Assembly: GCA_963803975.1 (NCBI GenBank)
Contig: CAWDOY010000020.1
Span: forward strand, 1 to 64,000
Length of the DNA stretch: 64,000 bases
DNA from: an uncultured delta proteobacterium
GTDB taxonomy: Bacteria > Desulfobacterota > WTBG01 > CAIYCZ01
Direction: 5' to 3'
Position numbers and translations under genes: made by a program. Below, piece after piece: positions 10,692 through 21,519 of this stretch (position 1 is its first letter; each line of letters begins with the position of its first letter). The notes under the pieces were generated by a model. It was not told the DNA's origin and ran no database searches. It saw only the letters and a list, made by a program, of their open reading frames with translations.

Positions 10692-13259
10692 ATGATGAAA
10701 AGAACTGAATTTATCGACACCGTCCTTCCCTTTGTTTCCAAGGCCAGCAGATACCTCGGCAATGAGATAAACGCGGTGCAAAAAGATTTGGCTGCAGTTG
10801 ATCTCAGGGTTGCCCTTGCGTTCCCCGATGTCTATGAAGTGGGGATGTCCCATCTTGGTTTTCAAATACTGTATAGCATTTTAAACAACCGGCCCGATAT
10901 TGCCTGCGAACGGGTGTTCACCCCCTGGATTGACATGGAAGCTGCCCTGCGTGAGCAGGGTATTCCCCTGTGCAGCCTTGAATCCAATCTCCCCCTGCGC
11001 GACTTTCATATTCTTGGATTTTCCCTGCAGTACGAGCTTTCCTATACCAATATCCTGAAGATGCTGTCGCTGGCAGGGATTCCCCTGCATGCCGATCAGC
11101 GCGATGAACGCTATCCCCTCATCATTGCCGGCGGCCCGTGCATGTTTAACCCTGAGCCGGTTGCAGCATTTTTTGATGCCATCGTTATTGGTGACGGTGA
11201 AGACGCAATTCTTGAGCTGTGCGACATCTATCTGCAGTGGAGCAAAAAACAGGCAGCAAAAAAAGAGCTGCTGGAAAGACTCTCGGAAGTTCCCGGTCTA
11301 TACATTCCGTCACTGTTTCATATAGCGCACCATGCTGATGGGACGGTAGAGCGCATGGACTGCCTGAAGCAGGGCTACGACCGGGTTGATAAAAGAATCT
11401 GTTTTAATCTTGATCAGGCGCCCTACTGTACGTCATACATCGTTCCCTTCATGCAGATTATCCACGACCGCATCAGCCTTGAAATTGCACGGGGATGCAG
11501 CCGCGGCTGCCGCTTCTGCATGGCGGGCATGATCTATCGCCCGGTCCGGGAAAGAAGCCTGCAGAACTTGCTCCGGCTGGCACAGGAAACTCTTGATCGC
11601 ACCGGCTATGAAGAGCTCTCCCTGACATCGCTGAGCAGCGGTGACTTTACCCATATTGATCTCCTGCTCAAGACCCTTATGGATCGCTATCAGCAAGAGC
11701 GGATCGCCATCTCCCTGCCGTCGCTTCGCGCCGAGACCCTGTCACGCTCAGTCATGGAACAGATAAAGCAGGTGAGAAAAACCGGCTTTACCATAGCGCC
11801 TGAGGCAGGCACCCAGAGGCTGCGCGATGTTATTAACAAAAATTTAACTGAAGATGCTATCCTCCATACGGTCACCGAGGTGTTCGCGGCGGGATGGACC
11901 CTGATCAAGCTCTATTTCATGATCGGGCTTCCTACTGAAACCCAGGAGGATGTTGAAGGCATCGTGGAGCTTTCAAGAAAAATTGCCGCCCTCGGTAGAA
12001 GAAAGAGATCGGGCAACCAGATCAATGTGAGTATTTCCTCTTTTGTCCCGAAGCCCCACACCCCTTTTCAATGGGCCTCACAGAGCAGCCCTGAGGAAAT
12101 TCGTGAAAAGCAGGCATTCCTCATGAGCAGCCTGCGCGGCAAGGGAATCCGGCTTAAATGGCATAATCCGGCCATGAGCCTGCTTGAGGGTGTTTTCTCC
12201 CGGGGCAGCCGGCAATTAAGTGCCGTGCTCATAAAAGCACACGAGCTCGGTGCGGGGTTTGATGGCTGGACAGAGCATTTTGACCCTGATCTGTGGGACC
12301 GGGCTTTTCAGGAATGCGGTATTGACCAATATCGCTATCTGCAGGCAAGACCGACTTCTGAAAAGCTTCCCTGGCAGCACATCAACTGCGGGGTTTCTGC
12401 TGATTTTTTTGTGCAGGAGTACCAGAAAGCACTTGGCGGCGAGACAACTCCGGATTGCCGCACATCCTGTCAGGGATGCGGTCTTTGCACGACTCCGCCA
12501 TTGAACAGGGCAACCCCTCCCGGAACCCAGGAACCAGCAGAACTAAACACTGCGGTAACATCCCGGCAAAACGAACCGCCCCGGTCAGTGAAGTATCGCT
12601 GCACCTTTAGCAAGTGCGGCCCGGCCCGGTTCCTGAGCCACCTTGAGCTGTCACGCTGCATAGCCCGCACGCTCAGGAGGGCTCACCTGCCCCTGAAATA
12701 TTCTCAGGGTTATCACCCGCTTCCGCGGATTGTCTTTCATGATGCCCTGCCGGTGGGAATGGAGAGCCTGAAAGAGGTTTTTGACTTTGAGCTTACCAGC
12801 AGCATCCCGGCTGAAACCATACCCGAAACCATTAATCCTCTCCTTCCTCCCGGGCTGAAAATTATATCTGCTGAAGAAAATATTTTGATAAAAATCCCGA
12901 TAGTTGCTACAATGCTAACCAGCTATACGGTTTCATTCCCTGCCGAGGGCGCTTTATTGTTTCCATCACCCGATGCAGTGAACTGCGCAATAGCTGCTTT
13001 TTATTCACAGCAGGAGTTTTTTATAAAAACCCTCAAGAAGCAGCAATGGGTTCAGGTTGATGTTCGCCCGTTAGTGCACCGCCTGGGTTTAAAACCCGAC
13101 GGTTCATTAGAAATTGCTATACAGCCTGCAGGAGAGAAAATGCCGCGCCTTACCGATATCCTGGGAGATATTTTAAATCTGGGAGACAGGCAGCGAAAGG
13201 TATTAAAGATAGTTAAACTCTCTTCCAGCCGCAGCCAGGGTTCAGATACGGAACTATAG
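10692..13259 (+). CDS. TIGR03960-type B12-binding radical SAM protein fused to a TIGR03936 domain
   Basis: 'FPDVYEVGMS', CxxxCxxC (CSRGCRFC), C-terminal 'RFLSHLE..R.LRRA.LP..YSQGYHP'; conserved position upstream of rng. Confidence 0.9.
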   Translation: MMKRTEFIDTVLPFVSKASRYLGNEINAVQKDLAAVDLRVALAFPDVYEVGMSHLGFQILYSILNNRPDIACERVFTPWIDMEAALREQGIPLCSLESNLPLRDFHILGFSLQYELSYTNILKMLSLAGIPLHADQRDERYPLIIAGGPCMFNPEPVAAFFDAIVIGDGEDAILELCDIYLQWSKKQAAKKELLERLSEVPGLYIPSLFHIAHHADGTVERMDCLKQGYDRVDKRICFNLDQAPYCTSYIVPFMQIIHDRISLEIARGCSRGCRFCMAGMIYRPVRERSLQNLLRLAQETLDRTGYEELSLTSLSSGDFTHIDLLLKTLMDRYQQERIAISLPSLRAETLSRSVMEQIKQVRKTGFTIAPEAGTQRLRDVINKNLTEDAILHTVTEVFAAGWTLIKLYFMIGLPTETQEDVEGIVELSRKIAALGRRKRSGNQINVSISSFVPKPHTPFQWASQSSPEEIREKQAFLMSSLRGKGIRLKWHNPAMSLLEGVFSRGSRQLSAVLIKAHELGAGFDGWTEHFDPDLWDRAFQECGIDQYRYLQARPTSEKLPWQHINCGVSADFFVQEYQKALGGETTPDCRTSCQGCGLCTTPPLNRATPPGTQEPAELNTAVTSRQNEPPRSVKYRCTFSKCGPARFLSHLELSRCIARTLRRAHLPLKYSQGYHPLPRIVFHDALPVGMESLKEVFDFELTSSIPAETIPETINPLLPPGLKIISAEENILIKIPIVATMLTSYTVSFPAEGALLFPSPDAVNCAIAAFYSQQEFFIKTLKKQQWVQVDVRPLVHRLGLKPDGSLEIAIQPAGEKMPRLTDILGDILNLGDRQRKVLKIVKLSSSRSQGSDTEL

Positions 13260-13342
13260 ATAATCATTATCGCGAGATATTCTGGTTTAGCAAAACACTG
13301 AACCGTGAAACATACAACCATAAACTTTCGGCGCTGACTGCT

Positions 13343-14869
13343 ATGGGTTCTGAATTAATCATCAATGTTACCTCCCTTGAAACCCGCGTTGCCCTGTTGG
13401 AAAACGCCATTCTTTCCGAACTCCACATCGAACGGGAATCTGACAAAGGAATTACCGGAAATATCTACAAGGGCCGGGTCTCCCGGGTGCTCCCCGGCAT
13501 GCAGGCAGCCTTTGTAGATATCGGCCTTTCCCGGTCTGCCTTTCTCTACGTGGTTGATGTGTACAAAAGTGAGAAAGAGTTTGAGTCAATGATGAACGGC
13601 ATACAGGAAATTCCCCCTGAGCCGGATACGAACCTGAACCATGCGGAGATGCCAAAGTCACGCATCCCGTATCCCATTGAAGACCTCCTCACCGAAGGCC
13701 TGGAAATCCTTGTCCAGGTGGTAAAAGAGCCCCTGGGCTCAAAAGGATCGCGCATTTCTTCTCATGTGTCACTTCCCGGTCGCTATCTGGTCTATATGCC
13801 CATGGTAAATCATGTGGGCATCTCCCGCAGAATTGAAAACGAAGAAGAAAGGCTGCGTCTCAAAGATATTGTCCAGAAGATAAAGCCCCCTGATGCGGGC
13901 TTTATTATCCGCACCGCCAGTGAAGGCGCAACTGAAGATGAGCTGTATATGGACATGAATTTTCTCTTCAGGGTGTGGGAAAACGTGCAGAAAAAAATGG
14001 CTCATTCAGCCGTGCCAAGCCTTGTGCACGAGGATTTAAGCGTCGCGCTCCGGGCCATTCGCGATCTCTATTCCAAAGATGTTGAACGGGTTATTGTTGA
14101 CTCCCGCAAAACCTATGAAAGCATCATTGAATTTATAGAGACGTTTGTGCCCCAGCTTAAATACTCGGTGGAATACTATGAACGGGAAGAGCCTGTCTTC
14201 GATGCCTATGGCATAGAAGTAGAGATCAGCCGGGCGCTGGGCAAGCGCATCTGGCTCAAATCCGGAGGCTACATCGTTATCGAAGAGACTGAGGCGCTGG
14301 TCGCAATAGATGTCAATACCGGCAGGTTTGTCGGCAAGGGAAACCCTGATGATACCATCTTTAAAACCAACCTCGAGGCAGTAAAGGAGGTGGCCTATCA
14401 GATACGCCTCAGGAACCTTGGCGGCATTATCATTATTGATTTTATTGATATGGAGCGGGAAGCCGACCGCGAGAAAATCTTCCAGGCGTTCAAGGAAGTG
14501 CTCAGCAAAGACCGGGCAAAGACCAATATTTTAAACATCTCCGAACTCGGCTTGATCGAGATGACCAGGAAACGGGTGCGGGAAAACTTAAGCCGTAAAA
14601 TGGGCGAGCCGTGTCCCTATTGCGAGGGCCGGGGATCTATCAGGTCAATCCCTTCACTGAGCTATGACATACTCCGGTCAATCCGGCGTGAAGCCTTCAA
14701 TAACACGGGCAACAAAATCATGGTACTGGTCCATCCCGAAGTGGCAACGTTTCTGTACGATGAAGAGCGCAATGGTATTGAGGAACTGGAAAAACAGATC
14801 AAGAAAAAGATTATAATCAAAATTAACGACGATTTTCACCATGAGCAGTTTGAAATATCTTCACAGTAA
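13343..14869 (+). CDS. rng: Ribonuclease G (Rne/Rng family)
   Basis: 'GNIYKGRV..VLPGMQAAFVDIG', 'IDVNTG', 'IIIDFIDM', CPYC. Confidence 0.92.
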   Translation: MGSELIINVTSLETRVALLENAILSELHIERESDKGITGNIYKGRVSRVLPGMQAAFVDIGLSRSAFLYVVDVYKSEKEFESMMNGIQEIPPEPDTNLNHAEMPKSRIPYPIEDLLTEGLEILVQVVKEPLGSKGSRISSHVSLPGRYLVYMPMVNHVGISRRIENEEERLRLKDIVQKIKPPDAGFIIRTASEGATEDELYMDMNFLFRVWENVQKKMAHSAVPSLVHEDLSVALRAIRDLYSKDVERVIVDSRKTYESIIEFIETFVPQLKYSVEYYEREEPVFDAYGIEVEISRALGKRIWLKSGGYIVIEETEALVAIDVNTGRFVGKGNPDDTIFKTNLEAVKEVAYQIRLRNLGGIIIIDFIDMEREADREKIFQAFKEVLSKDRAKTNILNISELGLIEMTRKRVRENLSRKMGEPCPYCEGRGSIRSIPSLSYDILRSIRREAFNNTGNKIMVLVHPEVATFLYDEERNGIEELEKQIKKKIIIKINDDFHHEQFEISSQ

Positions 14870-15260
14870 AACCCGGGCACACCGCAACATCTCCATCCTG
14901 CACGCATAACCTTTCTACATTATAATTTCATAGTGTTCCCGGCTCCCCCCACAATGTCTTGTATAATCTGCTGAAGAGTGTGCTGATATTTTCCCGGCGG
15001 CCTTGATGTCTGCGAACTGTTTGCCTCCACTTTAGGAAACCGTCGCGCCATGCTCCTGCCAATCTGGCCTGCGGCACCTGTTATAAGGATCATTTCCCCT
15101 CCCCTGCAACCTGTTAATAAATATATTGCTCTTAGATATAAAAATTATTATGTTTAGTTAAACTTTTTTGCATCTATTGTCGATATTTGACACAAGCCTG
15201 AAACAGTACAAGTTCAGCTGCTTAATTAATTATATATACTATTATCTCAAGGGGAGCGAC

Positions 15261-16484
15261 ATGAGAAACTGTTTTTTATTTTTTTTACTAGCGCTGCTTT
15301 TTTCTCCTGTAAACGCGTCTGCCGGCGGGTTCCTTGTTTACAATCAGGATGCCACCGCAAATTCATTGAGCCTTGCTTACACCGCACAGGTCGACACCCC
15401 TGCCGCGGTATTATATAATCCTGCTGCAATTAATCAACTCGAAGGAACGCAGTGCTTAACAAACGCTACGATCATTACCTATAAATCAGATTTTCACAGC
15501 TACCAGACCGGTAAAAGAACAGAGCAGGATGACCATATCTTTATCCTGCCTTCGTTCTATGCTACCAAGAAACTCAACGATAAATGGAGCGTTGGTATTG
15601 GTTCATTTAGTTACTATGGTTTAACCACTGACTGGCCAAATAACTGGGAGGGGCGTTACATCTCGACCTTTGCCCAGTTAAGGAGCTTTTTTGCAAATGC
15701 TGTGCTGTCGTATCAAATAACTCCTAAGCTGTCTCTTGCAGGGGGAATCAACGGCGTATATTCCGATGTCAAGCAAAGAAAAAATATTAATATCTCACCG
15801 CTGTCCGACGGCAGAGCAAGGTTCAGGGGAGATGATATCGGATGGGGGTACAACTTCGCACTGCTGTATCATATAAATGAGAAAATTAAATTTGGTCTCT
15901 CTTATCGAAGCACTATCTCTATGGACTATGAAGGCGATGTCAGGTTTCAGGTTCCAAAATTTTTGAAAAAAATTGTGCCTGAGGGACGAGCGTCATTACA
16001 TATTGATTTACCGGCATTCCTAGACATCGGGGTTTGTTACAGTTTCAGCGATAGATGGTCTGTTGAAATTGATATGCTATGGACAGAATGGAGTTCATAC
16101 GACAAGTTAGACGTTAAGTATCAAAAGAGGGTTCCTAAAATCATGGAAAAAAGCGCAGCGCCTATCATCCGGGATTATCATAACACCTATTCCTATTCTT
16201 GCGGTGTCAGTTTTAAAGCGACTGATTCACTGACGTTGCGGGCCGGCTATCTTTTTGACCCTAGTGCCGTGCCAGAGAAAAACACCGACCCGGTGCTTCC
16301 TGACAGTGACAAGGACATCTATTCGATCGGTATAGAATACCGGACAAAAAGACTATCAATGAATATATCTGACTACGTTTCTGTTTACAGAAGCCGGAAT
16401 GTGAGGAATAACCGGGATGGGTTGAACGGGAAATATGAAACCCAGGTTAATATGATAGCATTTAATCTCTTGTTCTATCTATAA
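15261..16484 (+). CDS. FadL/OmpP1/TodX family outer-membrane channel
   Basis: Signal peptide then 'AGGFL..Q', 'YNPAA', 'YGLTTDW', 'LPDSDK' motifs. Confidence 0.85.
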   Translation: MRNCFLFFLLALLFSPVNASAGGFLVYNQDATANSLSLAYTAQVDTPAAVLYNPAAINQLEGTQCLTNATIITYKSDFHSYQTGKRTEQDDHIFILPSFYATKKLNDKWSVGIGSFSYYGLTTDWPNNWEGRYISTFAQLRSFFANAVLSYQITPKLSLAGGINGVYSDVKQRKNINISPLSDGRARFRGDDIGWGYNFALLYHINEKIKFGLSYRSTISMDYEGDVRFQVPKFLKKIVPEGRASLHIDLPAFLDIGVCYSFSDRWSVEIDMLWTEWSSYDKLDVKYQKRVPKIMEKSAAPIIRDYHNTYSYSCGVSFKATDSLTLRAGYLFDPSAVPEKNTDPVLPDSDKDIYSIGIEYRTKRLSMNISDYVSVYRSRNVRNNRDGLNGKYETQVNMIAFNLLFYL

Positions 16485-16510
16485 CCATAACGCGCATGGT
16501 TGTTGAATTT

Positions 16511-16548
16511 AAAAAAGCCCCAGCAATAGTCCATTGCGGGGGCTTTTA
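16511..16548. terminator. Bidirectional terminator between convergent genes
   Basis: AAAAGCCCC-GCAAT...ATTGC-GGGGCTTTT hairpin. Confidence 0.7.
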
Positions 16549-16569
16549 TGTTTTTGACAAAAATAGCAT

Positions 16570-17148
16570 CTAAATTTTATTGAAAACCCGGAAGGGTATG
16601 AACGCCCTGACCTCTTCTTTATAACGCACATACTCTTCGCCAAACGTCTTTTTAAAAACCTGCTCTTCAAGATATACCCGCATAAGCACACACGGCACAT
16701 AGAGTATCAATCCCAGCAAAACGGTATACAGGGAATTGACTGTTAACGGTATGCTCAATACCTCAATCATGACGCTCAGATAATAGGGATGCCTGATATA
16801 TTTATAGGGCCCTTGAATTATTAATGTATGGCCAGGCTTAATTTCAATGTTCGTGCTGTGAAATCTTCCCAGGGTAATTATGGCCCAGTTTCGCAGAATA
16901 AATGAAAAAACAAACAACAACAAACCACACAAACTAAAACTCAGGCTTATTTGTCTTTTTATGCTGACAAGTTCTACGACTGTTGAAAGTAAAACAGTAT
17001 TGTACGTAATAATAAGCGCTGTAAGGCTCCATTTATATTTGATCACCCCTGTCTCCCGGGACGTTTTTTTAAAAAACATTTCCCAGGCACGTTCTGCAGC
17101 AACCAGCACCAGAAATAAAACAAAAAACGGCTGAAGATTATAATGCAT
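16570..17148 (-). CDS. Isoprenylcysteine carboxyl methyltransferase (ICMT/BpsB-like) membrane methyltransferase
   Basis: 'WAIITLG', 'GPYKYIRHPYY', 'LEEQV...FGEEY..Y'. Confidence 0.85.
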   Translation of the reverse strand: MHYNLQPFFVLFLVLVAAERAWEMFFKKTSRETGVIKYKWSLTALIITYNTVLLSTVVELVSIKRQISLSFSLCGLLLFVFSFILRNWAIITLGRFHSTNIEIKPGHTLIIQGPYKYIRHPYYLSVMIEVLSIPLTVNSLYTVLLGLILYVPCVLMRVYLEEQVFKKTFGEEYVRYKEEVRAFIPFRVFNKI

Positions 17149-17169
17149 AGGCAGTTCAGTCGTTCCGCA

Positions 17170-17421
17170 TCAGCAATGGTTTGTCTTTTTTAAGATTAAC
17201 TCTACTGCATCATTGACTGTCTTAATTGCCTGCATCTCTTCTTCCGTTACTGATATATGGTATTCATCTTCAACAGTGTTCACAAACTCCACAGCCCCCA
17301 TGGAGTCCATTCCAAGGTCATCAGCCAGATTATTTGCCGGTTCTATTTTAATGTTCTTGGACATTAAAACCTGTCTGATGATATCCGATACTTTCTGCAC
17401 AACCTGTTCTCGTTCCATCAA
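17170..17421 (-). CDS. Acyl carrier protein
   Basis: 'DLGMDSM' phosphopantetheine Ser motif; acidic; 83 aa. Confidence 0.9.
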   Translation of the reverse strand: MMEREQVVQKVSDIIRQVLMSKNIKIEPANNLADDLGMDSMGAVEFVNTVEDEYHISVTEEEMQAIKTVNDAVELILKKTNHC

Positions 17422-17443
17422 TCAACCTCCCTTGTCTGCGCAT

Positions 17444-18679
17444 TCACAACGTGCCAACAATCATGCACGCATTGGTGCCGCCAAAACCGAAACTGTTGGT
17501 TAAAACTTTATTGAGTTTTGCATCCCTGTTCTGTCTGACAATAGCATAATCCACAAATGCTGGATCAAGTTCCTCAATATTAACAGATGCAGTGATAAAT
17601 CCGTGTTTCATCATCAGCAGGCAGTAGATAAGTTCATGGGCGCCGGCAGCACCGATACCATGACCTGAAAGAGCCTTGGTAGACGAAATAGGAACCCTGT
17701 AGTCACCAAAAGCCCTGTTGATAGCCAGGCACTCAGCAAGGTCTCCTGCCGGTGTTCCGGTACCGTGAGTATTAACATAATCTATTGTTTCAACCGGAGA
17801 CTGTGCCATTTCCAATGATTCCCGCAAGCACCGGTACGCTCCATCTCCCTGAGGATGGGGCTGGATTATATCATGGCCGTCTGAGCTTGCGCCATACCCT
17901 ATAACCTCGGCATATATGGGCGCTTTGCGCTTTCTGGCATGTTCCAATTCTTCAACGATAACAATGCCGGCGCCGCCGCTTATCACAAAGCCGTCTCTTT
18001 TCTTATCATAAGGCCGTGATGCTTGCTGCGGTGTCTTGTTAAATGCAGTGGATAGAGCTGAGCGCATACCATCAAAATTTGCCGTCATAATGGCCGACAC
18101 TTCATCAGCCCCGCCAGCCAGAGCCATGTCACAGCGGTCGCTACAGATCAGTTCACAGGCATGGCCGATGTTATGCAGAGAGGTGGCACAGGCTGAGCTT
18201 ATGGAGTAGCTCCTGCCTTTAATACCATAAAAGTTAACCAGATTAGCGCTGCAGCTGCTGGTCATGCTCCTGGTTACACCATAGGGCGTGATTTTGCCAT
18301 TATTTGAAAAAAGTTTTGCGCCTGCCTGATAGATTGGCTCTGTATTGGACACTCCGCTCCCCACAATACAGGCAACACGCTCAGAAGAAAGGTCTTCCAG
18401 AGCCAAACCACTGTCAGCAATAGCTTCCATTGATGATAAGGTAGAATATAATGCTGACATATCCATATATCTTGATTTTAATCCGATTTTTTCCCTGGCA
18501 GCATCAATATCAAGCCCTTTTATGGTCCCGGCTACACAGCTTTTGAAACCCAGTTCAGCCCACTCCGGAACATAGGATAATCCGGATTTATTATCTCGAA
18601 GTGACTGCAATACTTCCTGACAGTTATTGCCAATGCTTGAGATAATTCCGCACCCGGTTATTACTGCCCGTCTTTTCAT
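17444..18679 (-). CDS. fabB: Beta-ketoacyl-ACP synthase I (FabB type)
   Basis: 'SISSACATS', 'HGTGT', 'GHGIGAAG', 'NSFGFGGTN'. Confidence 0.85.
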   Translation of the reverse strand: MKRRAVITGCGIISSIGNNCQEVLQSLRDNKSGLSYVPEWAELGFKSCVAGTIKGLDIDAAREKIGLKSRYMDMSALYSTLSSMEAIADSGLALEDLSSERVACIVGSGVSNTEPIYQAGAKLFSNNGKITPYGVTRSMTSSCSANLVNFYGIKGRSYSISSACATSLHNIGHACELICSDRCDMALAGGADEVSAIMTANFDGMRSALSTAFNKTPQQASRPYDKKRDGFVISGGAGIVIVEELEHARKRKAPIYAEVIGYGASSDGHDIIQPHPQGDGAYRCLRESLEMAQSPVETIDYVNTHGTGTPAGDLAECLAINRAFGDYRVPISSTKALSGHGIGAAGAHELIYCLLMMKHGFITASVNIEELDPAFVDYAIVRQNRDAKLNKVLTNSFGFGGTNACMIVGTL

Positions 18680-18731
18680 TCTGCATGCCCTTATCTGAAG
18701 TTACCCATTTTATTTTCAATGATTTGATATG

Positions 18732-18760
18732 CTTATAAGTTCTCTTGCCAATTTTGTCAA
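18732..18760 (-). promoter_or_regulatory. sigma70-type promoter for fabB-ACP-ICMT
   Basis: TTGACA-17 nt-TATAAG on the minus strand. Confidence 0.6.
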
Positions 18761-18843
18761 TAAATTTTCTTTTGCTAAATTTTATGCTCCAAAACAAAAC
18801 ATGGTTAACTAATTTGGCAAATAAAATAAACTAAACATTTTTA

Positions 18844-18889
18844 TTGACATGCCTTTTTTAAGCTGATAGGCTCTGACAGGTCTGATACC
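18844..18889 (+). promoter_or_regulatory. sigma70 promoter overlapped by three CTGA(T/C)A direct repeats
   Basis: TTGACA-17 nt-TAGGCT with an extended TG; CTGATAGG, CTGACAGG, CTGATACC at 18863, 18873, 18882. Confidence 0.5.
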
Positions 18890-18994
18890 TGTTAGCCATT
18901 TAAAGATAACAAGAGGTATTAGACCACCCATCACTGCAAAATCTGCTTCAGTCATTCAACTTGTTAATGCAATCTAACTTGAAAGGAATGATAG

Positions 18995-19186
18995 ATGGCT
19001 TATACAACCAAAGAATTTCTGGAGAAAGTTAACATTTCAGAAGCTACCCTTCGTCGCTGGATCTCTGAGAAGAATCGCGTACCAGAACTCAACTCTGCCA
19101 AGAAGGATTGGAGAGGATGGAGGATGTGGGAAGAATCACATGTCAAAGCGGTACTTGCTTATAAGGCCAAAAGAGAAAATATATAG
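18995..19186 (+). CDS. Stand-alone MerR-type (BldC-like) winged-HTH protein
   Basis: 'ISEATLRRW...P....KDWRGWRMW'; 63 aa with no effector domain. Confidence 0.75.
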   Translation: MAYTTKEFLEKVNISEATLRRWISEKNRVPELNSAKKDWRGWRMWEESHVKAVLAYKAKRENI

Positions 19187-19246
19187 CTATATAGATTATA
19201 TAAATATGCATATAATTATTTCTCTTACTATACATCAGGAGGTGCT

Positions 19247-20503
19247 ATGAATAATAATTACCGTGATCGAAGAGTGGTCATAACAGGCCTCGGAGCAGTA
19301 ACGCCCATCGGGATCGGCATTGAGGCTTTCTGGAATTCCCTCAAAGAAGGGAAATCCGGCATCGGGCCTGTTTCATCTTTTGATGCTTCCACCTTCCCTT
19401 CAAAGGTTGCCGGAGAAGTGAAAGACTTTGACCCCACTGATTACATGGACCCTCAGAGCGCTAAAAAGATGGATCGTTTTGCCCAGTTTGCTGTGATCAG
19501 CTCCCAGATGGCGATTGCTGATGCGGGAGTAAAGATTGATGAAAGCAATGCTTATAAAATCGGTATTATAGTCGGTTCTGCTATGGGAGGGATTCCTCTG
19601 GCCGAGCACCAGCATACTATCTTTCTGGAAAAGGGTCTTAAAAGAATCAGCCCCTATTTGAACAGCAGTCTTTTCCCTGGCGCGGCAGCAAGTCAAATTT
19701 CTATAGTGCTTGGCATTAAAGGATTCAGCAATACTATTGCGGGCGCATGTTCCGCAGGATCGGACTCGGTCGGCTATGCCTATCAATGTATTCAAAATGG
19801 TATTTTAGACGCTTGTTTGGTGGGCGGATCAGAGGCACCGATTGCACCGTTAACGCTCGGGTCTTTCTGTGTCATTAATGCAGTATCAACGCTCAACGAT
19901 CCCCCGGAAAAAGCTTCCCGCCCGTTTGATGGTATGAGAAATGGCTTTGTGCTGAGTGAAGGTGCAGGTATCATGTTTATGGAAGAACTTGGCCATGCCC
20001 TGAAACGTAATGCTTATATTTATGGCGAAGTAATGGGGTATTATACAACCTTTGACGCTCACCATATGGTACAGCCGTCACCTGATGGCGAAGCTGGAAC
20101 CTATTGCGTACGCAGTGCTCTTGCAGTTGCAGGCATACATCCGGAAGAGGTCGATTATATAAACGCCCACGGCACCTCAACACCGCTCAATGATAAAATG
20201 GAGACCAGGGTGGCAAAAAATGTTTTTGGCGACCGGGCCTATAAGATAGGCATCAGCTCCATTAAGTCCATGACCGGCCACTCCCTGGGGGCTGCGGGGT
20301 CAATCGAAGCAATAGCTTCTCTTCTCACCATAAAGCACCAATTTTTACCTCCCACCATTAATTACGGAAACCCTGACCCGGAGTGCGACCTTGATTACAT
20401 CCCGAATGTCGGCCGGGCTGCTGAAGTACATACCGTACTCTCAAATTCATACGGGTTCGGAGGGAAAAATTCAGCACTCATATTCCAAGGGTATAATCAA
20501 TGA
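19247..20503 (+). CDS. fabF: Beta-ketoacyl-ACP synthase II (FabF type)
   Basis: 'MDRFAQF', 'GACSAG', 'HGTST', 'GHSLGAAG', 'YGFGGKN'. Confidence 0.88.
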   Translation: MNNNYRDRRVVITGLGAVTPIGIGIEAFWNSLKEGKSGIGPVSSFDASTFPSKVAGEVKDFDPTDYMDPQSAKKMDRFAQFAVISSQMAIADAGVKIDESNAYKIGIIVGSAMGGIPLAEHQHTIFLEKGLKRISPYLNSSLFPGAAASQISIVLGIKGFSNTIAGACSAGSDSVGYAYQCIQNGILDACLVGGSEAPIAPLTLGSFCVINAVSTLNDPPEKASRPFDGMRNGFVLSEGAGIMFMEELGHALKRNAYIYGEVMGYYTTFDAHHMVQPSPDGEAGTYCVRSALAVAGIHPEEVDYINAHGTSTPLNDKMETRVAKNVFGDRAYKIGISSIKSMTGHSLGAAGSIEAIASLLTIKHQFLPPTINYGNPDPECDLDYIPNVGRAAEVHTVLSNSYGFGGKNSALIFQGYNQ

Positions 20504-21490
20504 AAACATTAGTCACCGGTGCTACCGGATTTATCGGGACACATTTAATCAAAGCACTTGTGAATGAAGGACGGGATGTTAGATGTCTTACAAGAACACC
20601 GGACAATAAAAAAAAATAGAGGAACTTGGCGCTGAAGCTTTTGTTGGTGATTTGCTTAAAACCAATTCTTTGTCTGCAGCATTAAAAGGTGTCAATGTAA
20701 TATATCATCTCGCAGGAGAAGTATATTCCCGGAATGTTAAGGACTATGTCGCGGTCAATGTTGCGGGAACGCAAAATCTTTTAGAGTGCTGTCGCAACAA
20801 TGGAATAGAAAGGTTTATTCACTGCAGCAGCATTGCAGCAGCCGGACCAAACCCCGATATAAACACCCTGCTTACTGAAAACCTATCCCTGCAACCCCAT
20901 AACGCCCTACGGACAAAGCAAACTTGAAGCTGAAAAAATTGTCTTACACTATTACGAAACATTCAAACTCCCTGTCGTCGTCATCAGACCTCCCACGGTG
21001 TACGGGCCGGGGCAATCAGATGCCATTACTGAGTTTTTCCGGCAGGTAAAAAAGGGGAAATTCTATATCATTGATGACGGGCAGTATCTGAGAAGCCTTT
21101 GCTATGTAACAAATCTTATAGACGGATTCATTCTTGCAGAGAAAAAACGCGAGGCAGTGGGTGAAATATTTTATATATCTGACAAAGAGGTATATACATT
21201 CAAGGAAATAGCCTTGAAGATTGCTGAAGCAGAGAATATAGAACTTGTTTTTGTGAATTTACCTTCCGCGATTGCAGACACTGCAATGTTTACTTTCAAT
21301 TTTTTACAAAAATATTTCAATTTAAATCATTTTAAAACTATACACCATTGGCACTCTGAAAATAAATTTAGGCTGCAGCATATTAAAAGCTGAAGAAATA
21401 CTATCTTTTAAACCGAATATAGACTTAAGAGAAGGAGTTCAAAGAACACACCAATATCTTGTAATCAAAAAACGCAGTATAACAGAATAG
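20500..21490 (+). CDS. NAD-dependent epimerase/dehydratase (extended SDR), frameshifted
   Basis: ATG overlaps the fabF stop; 'LVTGATGFIG', 'YHLAG', 'SS.AA', 'PYGQSK', 'RPPTVYGPG' in successive frames. Confidence 0.8.
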
Positions 21491-21519
21491 AATTTTTCAC
21501 TCGTATTAATTTAACTAAA

